A model generated the notes under the pieces. It did not search any database and had not been told where the DNA came from. It saw nothing but the letters and a program-made list of their open reading frames with translations. DNA of 64,000 bases, taken from Eledone cirrhosa. Lineage: Eukaryota. Numbering within the stretch: the first letter of the stretch is position 1; every line of letters starts with the position of its first letter. Positions 1 through 13,790 of this stretch are shown here, in pieces. The DNA lies in contig OZ024740.1 of NCBI GenBank assembly GCA_964016885.1, positions 336,846,001 to 336,910,000 on the forward strand, in the 5' to 3' direction. The translations under genes were made by a program, and so were the position numbers.

Positions 1-884
1 TCATGACTGGTGTCTATTTTATAAATTTCTTTTTACCAAATTGTTAAATTAGAGGACACAAACAAAGGTGGGGCATGCTTACAATTTTCATCTACCAAAT
101 TCCAATCACAAGGCATTGGTGGTTGTAAAATAAACACTTTAACCACACAGACATGCCTACACTTTGCATTAATAAATTTCCATTTCACAATATTGTTTAG
201 ATGGGTACACATTTCCAACATGTGTAAAAGCACATACACAATATGTAAAAAACAGGAATGTTAATAAAAGTCAGTTTTTTTTTTACTGTTTAGCCAGGGA
301 AAGAAGAGCAATACGCAAGGCATTTAGGGCCTCTGGGACTAGTGGCAAGGAGGAATGTATCCTTAAACCAGACACCAGGCCTGAGTGCTTGCAAAAAAGT
401 AGACTCTGCTTAAGGTGGGACTCAAGGACCAAATGGTGGTGCAAATTTGAAGAAAAAATATTATATGTATATTCTTCCATTTTCCAATATTAGAAACTTA
501 TCAGATCAATGCCATATTTTTTTTCTACTCAAAGAGAAATAAAATTTGTGGCGTAACAACTTTGTTTACTTTGCACAGTGAGATTAAATGTGAGGCGAGG
601 GGTGGCATGTGTGTGTAATATAATAATTTATGGACATTTTCAAATGCATCTATCACTTGGACATCAATAGAGTTAAATGTAAAGTTATATGCATCAGCCA
701 TGCAGATGTTGTTCTTAGTCATACAAATGGGCATGCTGAAGAAATATTACAGAACATTCTCATTCTATGCAAACTTTACATTTGACTATATTATCATCAT
801 CATCATCAATATATTTGATGTCAACACCTCTTAATTCAATGTTAAGACTAATCATTCTCAAGATCAATATTTACAGCAGTAAGG

Positions 885-2222
885 AAGGTCTATGGAAGGT
901 CACAATGTTTACAGCAGTGTGGAAGGTCACAATGTTTACAACAATATGGAAAGTCACGTCTACAGCAATATGGAAGGTTACAGGAAGGTTACAGTGTTTA
1001 CAACAGTATGGGAGGTTACAATGTCACCAGCAGTATGGAAGGTCACAGTGTTTACAGCAGTATGGAAGGTCACAGTGTCTACAGCAGTATGGAAGGTCAC
1101 AGTGTTTACAGCAGTATGGAAAGTCACAATGTCTAGAGCAATATGGAAAGTAACAGTGTTTACAGCAGTATGGAAGGTCACAGTGTCAACAGCAGTATGG
1201 AAGGTCACAATGTAAAGAGCAATATGGAAGGTCACAGTGTTTACAGTTGTATGGAAGGTCACAGTGTTTACAACAGTATGGGAGGTCACAATGTCACCAA
1301 CAGTATGGAAGGTCACAATGTCACCAACAGTATGGAAGGTCACAGTGTTTACAGCAGTATGGAAAGTCACAGTGTCTACAGCAGTATGGGAGGTCACAAT
1401 GTCTACAGCAATATGGAAGGTCACAATGTCTACAGTAATATGGAAGATCACAATGTTTACAGCAGTATGGAAGGTCACAATGTCTACAGTAATATGGAAG
1501 GTCACAATGTCTACAGCAGTACGGAAGGTCACAGTGTTTACAGCAGTATGGAAGGTCACAGTGTTTACAGCAGTATGGAAGGTCACAGTGTTTACAACAA
1601 TATGGAAAGTCACGTCTACAGCAATATGGAAGGTCACAATGTCTACAGTAATATGGAAGGTCACAGTGTCTACAGCAGTATGGAAGGTCACAGTGTCTAC
1701 AGCAGTATGGAAGGTCACAGTGTTTACAACAGTATGGAAGGTCACAGTGTCTACAGCAGTATGGAAGGTCACAGTGTTTACAGCAGTATGGAAAGTCACA
1801 ATGTCTAGAGCAATATGGAAAGTAACAGTGTTTACAGCAGTATGGAAGGTCACAGTGTCAACAGCAGTATGGAAGGTCACAATGTAAAGAGTAATATGGA
1901 AGGTCACAGTGTTTACAGTTGTATGGAAGGTCACAGTGTTTACAGTTGTATGGAAGGTCACAGTGTTTACAGCAGTATGGAAGGTCACAATGTCTACAGC
2001 AGTATGGAAGGTCACAATGTCTACAGTAATATGGAAGGTCACAATGTCTACAGCAGTACGGAAGGTCACAATGTCTACAGTAATATGGAAGGTCACAATG
2101 TCTACAGCAGTACGGAAGGTCACAATGTCTACAGCAGTATGGAAGGTCACAATGTCTACAGTAATATGGAAGGTCACAATGTCTACAGCAGTACGGAAGG
2201 TCACAGTGTTTACAGCAGTATG
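885..2222. repeat. 27-bp minisatellite, ~49 copies (ACAGCAGTATGGAAGGTCACA[G/A]TGT[T/C]T)
   Basis: Directly visible tandem units. The overlapping repetitive ORFs in several frames arise because the unit length is divisible by 3. Confidence 0.97.
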
Positions 2223-3322
2223 CTGAAAGCAGTCAATAGTTTTAGGTATAAAGTAGTTGCCTTTTCCACATAACAACAATGATAAGTCTTCTTAACATTA
2301 TTAGATAGCCATAAAGGTTTAGGAAAAGGGATAGATGTCTTAACAGGCACATAGTTCAATAACCGTGAAAGGATGAAAGGCAACATTAACTTCAAATGGA
2401 TTTGAAATTTAAATATTTAAGGGATGTAACTTAATACTGCAATGCATTTTAGTCTGTCCATCCAATGATTCTGCCAATAATAATAATAATGGCTTCTGAT
2501 TTAGGCCCAAGGCCAACAATTTGGGGGAAGGGGGAAAGTCAATTAAATCGACCCCAGTGTGTTACTGGTGCTTTATTTTATCGACCAAGAAAGGATGAAA
2601 GGCAAAGCTAACTTCAGCAAGATTTGAACTGAGAATGTAATGGGCTGGAACAAATACTACAAATCATTTTATCCAATGCCCTAACAATTCTGTTAATCAA
2701 TGGATTGATCAAACTTTATTGGTCATAAACAGAAAGGGTAAATAATATCATGCAATATCATAAACAAACACGAGACATAAGCAAAGCAAGCAATAATGAA
2801 AACGTGCAGATTATTAAAGAGGCAGGCAGGTAGTTAGAAAAGTAGATGAGTTGGGTGGGGGTCATGCAGTGCAAAAAGGAAATAGGTTAAAAAGAGATAG
2901 AAGAGACAGGAAAAATAAAAGTTAAACAAGAGGAAATTAATTGAATCTACTGGGGTATAAAGGATCTTGGGCAGAGATAGGGATTAAAGTCAGGAAAATA
3001 GGGTAAGGATTAAGGTCAACCTGTTCAGATTAGCGTTAGCAAAAAGGGGGTTTATTTAAGGTCAAACAAGGAGTCAATGCTAGAAGTATTTAAAGCTAGT
3101 AATTTAGTTTGTTTCTTTGTTTAATAAAATCATTTAAACTCACAGGAAATCTTGCCATCACCTAAAATAAGATAGTTAAAATAGTTGTGTATATGTGTGT
3201 TTGAGTGATTTTGTATGTGCATAAAGGGATGTCAACATGAACGGACCTGTTATTTTTATCTAAAGACATTTTTTCCAATTCCACCCCACCCGCCCCTTCA
3301 ATCTATCTTATTTCTCATTCTT

Positions 3323-3358
3323 TCTTCTGATGAAGGACTAGCATCCGAAACGTTAAGA
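3323..3358 (+). ncRNA. Minimal type I hammerhead (Penelope-type)
   Basis: UCUU-CUGAUGA-A-GGA cuagca UCC-GAAACGUU-AAGA. Palindromic AACGUU stem III. Pyrimidine-rich pLTR-like flanks. Confidence 0.72.
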
Positions 3359-3459
3359 CCCTCTTCCTGCTATTTCAAGCATTAACCTAATATATTCCTT
3401 CCATATACTCTACCGATTGTGTTGTTATTTCTGTTTACCTTTTACATACATACATACAT

Positions 3460-3804
3460 ACATCATTTCATCATCATTTCATTTTACGTTCGCTTTTCCC
3501 TGCTTGCAAGGGTGGGACAGGAACTGATTTTGGCTTGATTTCTACAGCTGGATGCCCTTCCTAACACCAACCTCATTTACAGTGAGTGCTGGGTGTTTTT
3601 TTGCCGTGGCACCTTCACGACCACTTTGCAGTGGAATGATATGGACCCCAGTCCCTATCATCTCATTTCTACAGCTGAGTAAACTTGAGCAATGTGAAAT
3701 AAAGTGTCTTGCTCAAGGAAACAACACATCACCCGGTCTGAGAATTGAACTCACAACCTTTCGATTGCAAGGCCAATGCTCTAACCACTAAGCCATGTGC
3801 CTCC
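3460..3804 (-). mobile_element. Same tRNA/CORE-like SINE
   Basis: Near-identical reverse complement of 44929-45273. Confidence 0.85.
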
Positions 3805-5460
3805 ATATATATATATATATATACACACATACATTGTATATAGCTTAAATGGAGTAACATGTTGAAAATAATGTATATTCTCTACACACTATCACTAATA
3901 TTACTATAGTCTTCTCTCACTTCCAAATATAATTATTAAAGTTTGATATTGAAAGTTGAGATTTAAAACACAGAAATAGTCCTTGAATTTTCTCAATTTT
4001 TCAGTGGTTTTTAAAATTCTGGCAATGTCAGCATTTAGAAAGATTAGTATCATTCTCATGCCAGTCAATCTATTACCTGCTGATGAAGGTGAAGTATTTA
4101 AATATGATTTCATATATATTCTACTAGAAACATGGATCTATGTCAAATGAAATATATATATATTTATTTTAATATATCTGTGTCCCAATTTATTTTCCAC
4201 ATATCATTCCAATCAAAGTATTGTTATATATTCATATATTATCATTCTGAAATTTGAATTCTTTCTACTTCATTGAAATCTTTACCATGAAGAAATATTT
4301 ATACCTGCCACTAATATCATTATCATTTAACATATGTTTTCTCTGGTAGAAACGGTTGGACAGCAGTGTATATATATATATAATAGACATATATATCTCC
4401 ATGGGGGAAAAAAAAAAGAGGCGAGAGGACCCTTCAGTCGTGCCATGGTACAGCAACCTTTCTTGTGTTGGTGATCTACACAATAAATGCACCCAGTACA
4501 TGCAGTAAAGTGGTTGATGATAGGAAGGGCATCCAGCCATAGAAAGCTTGCCAAACAAAGAGTTGTGAGGACCCTTCAGTTGTGTCAAAGACATGACAAC
4601 CACTCCTATGCACTTGGTAGAACGTGAAATCAGAATGCAGAGCCAGAACAAATACCACTCAAACACTTTCACAATTCTGCTAATACACTACTAGTTGTAC
4701 TTTATCAACTCCCAAAGGATGAAAGGCAAAGTTGACTTCTGCAGGATTTGAACTGTGAGCTCAGAGCGTCAAAACAAATACCACAAAGGATTATTTCTGA
4801 TGTCCTAATGACTCTGCCAATTTGCCACCTATGATCTACATACAAACAAGTTAGAATAATGTGACTACTGAAGAAGTAAGGAACTAAAATGTTACTGCTG
4901 TGTTGTGTGAGATTGAGTTCCTGTCACAGAAAGATTAGTAAAACCCAGAAAACATTAAATAGATATTAAATCAATTCTGCATTGAGAAAGCAAGGCAAGA
5001 ACAGAGTTGGTGTTTGCACTCTGTTGCCAAGTTTAGTAAGCATAAATAGCCAGAAACATACCTCTTCTGTTACACACTATAACTCTTACACTTTTACCTG
5101 TTCCAACTTAGAAGCTGTGACCGTACTGAGGCTGTCATCACTGTTACTACACTATAACTGTACTTCCCAGGTTGGCTTTTGATGAATAAGGGAGTCTTAT
5201 ACTGCTGCCCCTATTTGTGTTTCTTGCTGAGATGTAGACTCATCTAAAATCTTAGTAGACTGTCCAAGCATTTCCTGAAAACATTTATACCCACACCATG
5301 TTTTTGGCAGGATACTGAAAAACTACAGGCCTTTGAACACATAGATAATACAGTATCTGGATGGAACAGGTGAGATCTTTGGCACTATGCAATGGTAATC
5401 ACTTTAGGGATTGGTGTAATACTTAAGCCAAAGTTTGATGCTAGCTTTTCCAGGAACTTC

Positions 5461-5491
<31 letters not shown>

Positions 5492-5701
5492 CTTGCTCCA
5501 TCTTTACTCAACATAAGCATAGCATATATATAAACATACAAGAGAAATGAATGTGTACTATTGACAAAATAGCTTCTAATGTGAGCAGAGCAGAAACAGA
5601 TAATACGAGGATCTAACTTATAAAGGCATAAGTTAAGATGGGTAGGAACAACAGAGTTACAACATATACAGACAACACCGAGTGTGAAAGGACAAGCTTA
5701 C

Positions 5702-5872
5702 CAGAATTTTGTGATGAGTCATCAAATAGTGGACTTGGGGGAGAAGACATTTCACTGTCACTGCTAGCAGTAGGGGGACTGCGGGAAGGAGAACCTGTGA
5801 TAGAGCCTGGTGGGGTCAGAACCATAATAGGATCGTTCTTCAGTTGAGTTCCAGCCAAATTATCTTCCAAAT
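5702..5872 (-). CDS. SREBF: SREBP exon, Ser/Pro-rich region with phosphodegron-like LTPPGSITGSP
   Basis: ctatag|AT acceptor (phase 1, fits previous exon) and G|gtaagc donor. Motif resembles the vertebrate SREBP1 Fbw7 degron LTPPPSDAGSP. Confidence 0.9.
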
Positions 5873-6940
5873 CTATAGAGAATTGAGTGAATTGAAATTC
5901 ATTCAGTTTTTGACAGCAACTAAAGGTGTGGATTCATATCCTAAGTTGTAACCCTTCTATAGAAATGGTTGTTAATAACAAACAAATATATATGTTTCTA
6001 TATATATACCCACACATATACATATATGTATGTATCACCATCTTTATTAAGACAATTTAACTATTGAAAAGCTTTCAAATAAATATAACCTGATTTTTTT
6101 TTCACAATTTTATTTCCATTTTACAGGTTATCACATTGTATTTCATCTTTTAACAAGATTATTTGTGAAAACAAATCAAATTTAAGATAAAATTAAAACA
6201 TTTGCCAAATGTGTATAAGTGAGGTGTATATGAAAAGAGGAGAGAAGGCATAGATTTCTCTTATAGTTAAATATAAGTTGTATGTAAAAGTGGTGGGAAG
6301 ACTAGAGCCGGATGAAACATATAAGTTCGTAAAAAACATATAAGTTCGCCTTGAAGAGAGATAAGTTCAGACATTTTTGGCATGCTGCTTCTTTGAAGGA
6401 ATTAGATATATGTTGGATGGCTGTTAATGAATTCACTAGCTTCCAACACATTTCTCAATCCTTCAAAACATCTGAACTCACCACTCTCTATTGCACTCCA
6501 ACTGATATTATTTTACTAACATTATAATATATATTATATGCACAGGCATGGCTTTGCAATTAAGATGCTTGCTTTGCAACAACATGGTCTTGGGTTCTCT
6601 CCTACTGTACAGTACCTCGAGCAAGGGATTTCGACTAGAACCAATGCCTTGTAAGTGAATTTAGTACAGAGAAACTGTACAAAGCCTTGTCATGTGTGAA
6701 TCTTTCTCTTCACATATGACATCACTAGTGCAGGCTCTAATATCTTTATACATTCTGCATAGAGTTAGATGTGCAAAGATCTATACCTTACTTAAAAGCA
6801 TTAGGAAGAGCATCAAACCATAGGATTCTGCCTCAAAAAAGCTTATCCAACCCATGTTAACATGGTAAAATAGACATAAAACTGTTGTGTATATAGATAT
6901 ATATATATGTATATGTGTTAAATATATATATATATATGTG

Positions 6941-7001
<61 letters not shown>

Positions 7002-7003
<2 letters not shown>

Positions 7004-7328
7004 TCATCATCATTTCATTTTATGTCCGCTTTTCCCTGCTTGCAAGGGTGGGATGGGAACTGATTCTGGCTTGATTTCTACAGCTGTATGCCCTTCCTCA
7101 TTTACAGTGAGTGCTGGGTGCTTTTTTGCTGTGGCACCTCCACGACCACTTTGCAGTGGAATGATAGGGACCCCAGTTCCTATCATCTCATTTCTACAGC
7201 TGAGTTAACTGGAGCAATGTGAAATAAAGTGTCTTGCTCAAGGAAACAACACATCACCCAGTCTGAGAATTGAACTCACAGCCTTTTGATTGCAAGGCCA
7301 ATGCTCTAACCACTAAGCCATGTGCCTC

Positions 7329-7329
<1 letters not shown>
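7002..7329 (-). mobile_element. Same tRNA/CORE-like SINE
   Basis: Near-identical copy with a small internal deletion. Confidence 0.85.
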
Positions 7330-7413
<84 letters not shown>

Positions 7414-8665
7414 GTTTATTTATTTAGCTATACAAGGTACATGTGGCATCTCTTGAAACACAACTGTTAATCAATCTTATAGGTTTTTATGATGCATGAT
7501 CAACTTTAAAAACGATAAACTAATAATTTAAATATTGGATGGCATTGACCCAGTAAGTGCATAGCCAATTGACTAGAATCAGTCAAAAGAGTAATTTCTT
7601 TAAACTGAATGGTATTTATTGTTCTCAATGGTGATTTGTTCATTTAGAAATACTGGTATCAACCAAATGTTATGGGCCACATGATTTGGAATGACGTCTA
7701 AATGTTACTACTAACATGGGTGAGTGTACAAACTTTGTGTATAACATTTATTTCTTGTTTGTTTAATGCTGAGGGAAAACACTCAGTTTAGATAGCTATA
7801 TGATATGAGTATACATATATATGTGTGTGTGTAGAGAGAGAGAGAGGAGGGGGGGGGGAGAAAGAGAGAGAGAGCTCAAGGTTATATAGTAGATGAAATG
7901 TGGTTGTGAAGCAAACTTCTTAACCACACAGCCATGCCTGTGCTTGTCTCAACTTAAAAGGAAATAAAGCTAATCTTCTATTCATGCACCCCCTCTCTCA
8001 CTAAAACACTTTCATTTATCTTCTATTTTCAGTTCAAAAAACATTAGATTAAAAACTTTTATGAATGGATTTCAGTTAAGATTATTTTATGATTTCAGAG
8101 CAAGAAAATCTAAAATAATTATTTCTAATAGACAGGAATGTATGATCTAGTAATGGAAATCTAATAGTGAGCACATGAGCATCACATTGCTTTCCATTTA
8201 AATTGTTTAAAATGTTTTAATTCACTACCATCATCAATATCTTTGGAAAGCACATGAATATCACAACATCTATTTTGTGGGAAATAGTTTATCAGTTATA
8301 CATATTTACGAAGCCTTATGATTATAGGAGGAGGGAAGTAGATAGCTGTGATGTTCATGCATTTCTTGCTAGATATTTTTATATTCAAATCGCTATTTTA
8401 TATTTACTTCTATATATTTTTTATAGTTATTTACATCCTGTTTCTGCTATTTATATTTTTTGTTTTCTTTTTCCTTGAATTACACAGGAAAATCATTGAA
8501 AATCAACCTGTTATCTAAGATTTTTTTAGAAGATTCTGAGAAAACAGAGGATGGGAAGAAATCATCAGAGAAAAGTAGGAAAGTATCAAATGTTAAATTG
8601 GGCAAAACAAAGATTAGTAAGGTGATTCAACAAAGCAATCTGAAGTAAAACGAGACAATACTCAC

Positions 8666-8780
8666 TCTGTTTCTTTGCTAGAAGCCTAAGAGCCATGTTT
8701 TCCTGTTTCAAACGAGTGTTAGTGTTTTGTATATAACGAATATAGTCAATAGCTTTACGCAGGATGGCAGATTTATTTAA
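8666..8780 (-). CDS. SREBF: SREBP exon encoding helix 2 and leucine zipper
   Basis: Translates to [38 protein letters not shown]. ctgtag| acceptor, A|gtgagt donor, 115 nt (phase 0/1). Not in the ORF track. Confidence 0.96.
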
Positions 8781-9009
8781 CTACAGCAAAGAAAAGAAAA
8801 GATGATATATTGTTTGATAAGTAATCTGTTGAACATTGTACTATAGGAATGGTAAGAAATGGAGAATACATATTTGTGCATGTCTATTAATATTAAGTTG
8901 TTAAACCTGTATTCTCTCTTTTATTATTTTAGAAGTACCAGTAATGCACTGGAATGATTGTTGGCCTTGTGCCAAAAGTAGAAACAATTATTTTAGAAAA
9001 GCATTATAT

Positions 9010-9212
9010 ATATAATAATAATAATTGTTTCTACTTTTTGCACAAGGCCAGCAATTACCCAGTGCATTACTGGTACTTTATTTTATCGACCCTGTAAGGA
9101 TGAAAGGCAAAGTTAACCTCGGCGAGATTTGAACTCAGAATGGCAAGGGTCGTAACTCTATGCGTCAAGGCATGGCGTTTGACCCTCTACCGATACTGCC
9201 AATCCACTGCCA
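9010..9212 (-). mobile_element. Second tRNA-derived SINE family (Nin/Deu-like domain); further copies at ~2475-2700, 4690-4830, 10205-10400, 19640-19790, 22220-22400, 27215-27360, 32551-32728
   Basis: B box GAGTTCAAATC followed by GCCTTTCATCCTTACAGGGTCGATAAAATAAAGTACC, with an (ATT)n tail. Confidence 0.8.
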
Positions 9213-9220
9213 TACATATA

Positions 9221-9225
<5 letters not shown>

Positions 9226-9264
<39 letters not shown>

Positions 9265-9970
9265 TTTCTTTATTGGCCGCAAGGGCTGACATCAAGAAAA
9301 ACATTACAGATGGCACAGGACGGTACGATGTGGGTTTTGTTCGTGTAAAGATTTTTATTATTTATATAAGAAAAGAAAAAAACAGAAACATATATATATA
9401 CAAACAATAAAAATGAAATTGAAACAATGAAAAGTTCCCTTATAGGGGGGAAACCTCCGAGGGTTACTTGTGGCGAAAACCACACAAAAGACCACGGCCA
9501 CCCTGACCACCAGGGTAAGCGCCCTCTCTCAATTTTTCCATTTCTCAAACTACAGGCGTATATTCAGAGCGGTCCCGTTCACTCAGACCATTCTCGCTAC
9601 ATTCACCCACCTTTCCACAAACTTGCTAGAGGGCAGCACTTGCCTCTCCACCCTGATTTTCCTCTTCAAGTAAAACTTGAAAAAGTTAATTAGGGATTTG
9701 CCGAAGAGGAAAGTGTCTGTCTTTAACCCTTTCCACCTTGTCCACCACACAATCTCTTTCGCCATGGCCACCAGGCAGATGAAAACCGCCTGCCCTTCCT
9801 CCTCGAAGGAAGACGGCGAGACCATTTGCACAATGGACTCAGTCGATAACCGGATCAGTCCTACACGCGACAGCAACTGTTCGACATAGCTCCACAAGAT
9901 AGCAATGCTCGGGCACTGAACGAGTGCGTGCACAACGGTTTCGTCGCTCTACGCGCATCTCGGACAGGCA
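9226..9970 (-). mobile_element. 3' fragment of an L1/Tx1-clade LINE
   Basis: CPRC..DETVVHALVQCP (CCHC zf-RVT-like) with a downstream IVWWTR motif, AATAAA and a (TTA)n tail. Confidence 0.8.
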
Positions 9971-10401
9971 TCAATGAGAGAGTCTTGTGTCTATGTTAGA
10001 AACCGACTCTTTCTCTCTATTGGCAAACATTTGTGAAACTATAAAACCAGAAGAACATACATACATACATATAAACAAACATTACTAGTCCCCAAGAACA
10101 AAGACACCCTCTTGGCAAAAAGCTACCAACACATTGCATGCCAGAACCTGATGTATAAGATGTATACAGCCTGCCTGAACTTATTCTTCCAATATCACTA
10201 TGAAAATAATTGTTTCTACTTTTGGCACAAGGCCAGCAATTATCTCAGTGTATTACTGGTACTTTATTTTATCGACCCCGTAAGGATGAAAGGCAAAGTT
10301 AACCTCGGCGGGATTTGAACTCAGACCACAAAGGGTCGTAACTCTTTGCTGCAAAGCATGGCGTCCGATCCTCTACCGATACTGCCAATCCACCGCCCTT
10401 C

Positions 10402-10708
10402 TAATAATAATAATAATGAAATTATTGTGTACAGTGCTCAGGTGCACTACAACTCATCAAAGGTGCATGTATAGTATATAGAATAATATACAAATGTCAG
10501 GGAAGTGAATAGAGCATGAGTCATGATATACATGTGTACGTGTGTATGGAGGGGGAATATTAGGTGTAGTGTTGGCAAATCTCAGGAAGCATGGCAGTTT
10601 TAAAGGATGCAATGTCTCAACAGCTAACAACTGATGCAGGTAATTTGTTCCATGCTTCAGCAACTCTGAGCGTGAAGAAATGTTTCCGAAAGTCATGGGA
10701 GCTGTGCT
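10402..10708 (-). mobile_element. 3' fragment of a CR1-clade LINE
   Basis: HDFRKHFFTLRVAEAWNKLP motif with a (TTA)n tail. Confidence 0.78.
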
Positions 10709-11965
10709 ATATATATATATACATATAAAAATGAGAAAACTCATTGCTAGAACAGCCGTTAAAACAGCCAAATGCTGACAAAGACAGCATTGGGTAAAAA
10801 TGCCTCAGAGGACAGAGACCAGTGGTCAACAGAGAGACAATCCACAAGGTGGGTGGCAGGTAGATAAAATATAGAAAAGATTGAAAGAGGAGGAGAACAA
10901 GAAGTGTGCTGGCACACAGAAATGACTGGAAGAAGAAAATAAAGAAAGGCGATGTTCAAGACACACATCTTCACTATCTGAAGCGAGCTCTGATCAAGCA
11001 GACCTATCTTCGAAGGCATTCCAGTCATGCACCTCCACATCAGTTCAAAGTGGTGGACAGGTGGAATTTTTAGTGTCAGGGGAGATGCCATGTTGTATTT
11101 CTGCACTTTGCATTATAATTTCAAATCCTGCAGTGGCTTACTTGAGTGGCAGACTTAAACCTTCACGTGGTTTAACACCACCTGGCTTCTGCATGCCCTA
11201 AGCTGAGTCCACCATGCTATAAACATTCAGGCTAGGTCTCAGCTTTGAGGATACCTTCCTCCCTCTCTTCTAGTAGTCTTGTTGGCCTGAAAAGTACCAT
11301 GGACACTAACCTTCTCTCCCTGACTAAAGATTTTATATATATATATATATTTATATATTACCATGACAAAAAGCACAAAGTCCACCCTGTAAGCTGACTC
11401 GGTGCCACAACAACAAAAGCACCGAGTCCATCCTGTAAGGTGTTTGTAATGGTCACATGAGAAAAAGCACCTAGTCCACCCTGTAAGGTGATAGTGCGGG
11501 TGACACAAAAAAAAGCACCCAGTCTCCCTGTTAAGTGGTTGTTTCAGTGCCACGATAAAAAGCACTCAGTTCACACTGTAACATGGTTAGCTTAGCAAGG
11601 GCATCCAACTGTACAAACTAGATCAAAATGCAGATCTGTATGCGCATGAAGTGGTCTCTGGACCTAAATTGTCTCAAAATGTAAACAACTTGCCTAATCC
11701 ATCTAACCCATGAAAGCATGTAAAATGGATGTTAAATGATGATGATGATATATATATATACTAAGACAATCAATTGCTTTCACTTGAACCTAGACAAATG
11801 TACACCAGTCCAATGTTATCCATGAACTTTATCAAATGCAATAACAGCCAACCCCAATGTGGGACCTTTATGTCAGAGGTCTGTCAACATGGTGTTAGGG
11901 TGTGACATACATATATTACCATCACAATCATTTTACATCTATTTTTCCATGCCATACAACTGTAC

Positions 11966-12268
11966 CTTTGCTTCAGTTCCAACAACCAGGTTTTTCAATT
12001 CAATTATCTTATCATTAATACTAAGACGGTAACGCTTCTCAATGGCATTATGAGCAGTTCTTTTCTCTCCTCTATTCTTTTTCAGCGGGCTATTGTTTAG
12101 ACGGTTGATAGGCAGTTTGTCTCCTTCACTAACCATCTGCAGAGGAATTCTTGTGGTCAGTATTGTGTTGCCATTGGTCACCAGAGAATTTGATGCTGGT
12201 GGACTGGTCAATGCCACAACATTACCATTAACTTCTTGAGGTTTTATCAGTTGAGACTGAATCAAAAG
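11966..12268 (-). CDS. SREBF: SREBP exon encoding basic region and helix 1 of the bHLH
   Basis: [10 protein letters not shown]...[34 protein letters not shown], with the SREBP-specific Tyr in the basic region. tttcag| acceptor, AAG|gtacag donor, 303 nt. Confidence 0.97.
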
Positions 12269-12343
12269 CTGAAACATGAAAAATTAAATTATAATACAGG
12301 TACACACAAATATATATATATACATACACATACACACAAGCAA

Positions 12344-12403
<60 letters not shown>

Positions 12404-12857
12404 GGAACTCTGGTAACATTACATACACAAAATTTCCAATGTGATATCCAATATTGACTAATTGTCCAATACACACCCAGTGATAGAAAGTTTCTTGACT
12501 CAGTTTTTTCTAATACAATTACTGTTATTATATTGCTGACCTACCTATCTGCGCACACACTCCACTTAAGCCAACTCTCTCCTCATCGCCCATCAACTGT
12601 ACTGTGTCTCCTCCCCCTCATACACTACATTAAAACGTTTCCCCAGTCACCGCTCTCCAGAACTGTAATCCTACAAAATTCCCCGTCTGCCCACATTTTT
12701 CTCCAACAGGTCAACCTACAGATATTCAAGCTGAATGTTGATCACAATCTTCCCAATATAGATAGACCTGCAAATATCATCGGCACTGCTCCCGCTTCTC
12801 TTAACTATTTTATCATTTGCGTGGGGAATGAAATAACGAACGAGCCCATAACAGAGG

Positions 12858-13172
12858 ATTGGAGGAATTGTTAAGGTTTTGAATAAGAGGATTTGTGGTA
12901 TTTATTCCAGACCTTTGTGTTAGAGTTCAAATTCCACTGTGGCTACACAGATTGTAGACTTAATCTGTCACCCAGTTAAATACCACTACTTGGCTTTTTG
13001 ATGCCTTGAGTGGAGTCCACTCAGTGGCAAACATTTAGGCCAGGTCTTTGGTTTGAGGAGACCTTCCTTCCCACCTTCCTCCTGCTTTTCCACAAGTCTT
13101 ACATTCTCTGAAAAGGATCATGAGCACTTCCCTCCAGTCCCTGACTAAACAGTAAAAAAAAAAAAAAAAAAA
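12858..13172 (+). mobile_element. Old SINE-like family ending CCCTGACTAAACAGT(A)n; relatives at ~275-460(-), 11150-11330, 18595-18900, 19480-19620(-)
   Basis: Shared 3' end and degenerate tRNA-like head. Confidence 0.55.
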
Positions 13173-13403
13173 ACATTGTGGGTTTGGTTCCCAGGCCACA
13201 GGGCGGCCAGCGCATGGGCCCCTGTTTGCTCATAATAGTGAGAGAGCGGGAGAGATGGAGGCAGTGACAGTGGGAGTTTGGTTCCTTTGTGTTCAGACCT
13301 GGTGTATATGTATATGTTTCAAGGACACACACTCAAGCCACACTTCCTATCTTATCTATTATGCTAGAACAAGCAGGAGGGATGACTGAAAATCAATGGT
13401 TAC

Positions 13404-13790
13404 CTGTTGTAACTGTTGCATATTAACTGGGCTGGTTGTGGTAACATTTTGTAGAGAAGAAATACCATTTGATGTAACATTCACATTCACAGTTGGTTGT
13501 TGTTGCTGTTGCAGTGGCAGTGGCAGTGGCTGTTGTGGTTGTGGTTGTGGTTGTGGTTGTTGTTGTTGTTGTGGCTGTGGCTGCTGTGGTGGCGGTTGAT
13601 GCTGCTGCTGCTGCAGTTGTTGCTGCTGCTGCTGCTGATGATGATGATGATGAGGCTGTACAACTGTTTGTGGAGATGTTGCAACAACTGCTTGGGGTAC
13701 AATTTGTTGAAGAGGCTGTTGCTGTTGTTGTGGTATTGCAGCTGCCTGCTGTTGTGGAAGTTGTTGTTGACGAAGGAGCAGGTTGATTTG
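13404..13790 (-). CDS. SREBF: SREBP coding exon, Q/P/H-rich (QINLLLRQQQLPQQ...TSPVNMQQLQQ)
   Basis: Acceptor tatag|CAA and donor CAG|gtaacc. 387 nt = 129 codons, phase 0/0, compatible with both neighbours. This frame is absent from the ORF track because it has no upstream ATG. Confidence 0.85.

Noticed and set aside
767-2279. Repetitive ORFs up to 433 aa, and a CRISPR-like appearance
   Set aside because: 27-bp minisatellite with no unique spacers, open in several frames on both strands.
5195-5274. Possible next SREBP exon after a ttttcag acceptor
   Set aside because: Stops in all three frames and no DRSR/transmembrane motif. At most a speculative truncated isoform.
1-5700. miR-33 (intronic in SREBP genes) and the transmembrane exons
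   Set aside because: No GTGCATTGTAGTTGCATTG match and no matching exon seen. Both are expected downstream, outside the window.
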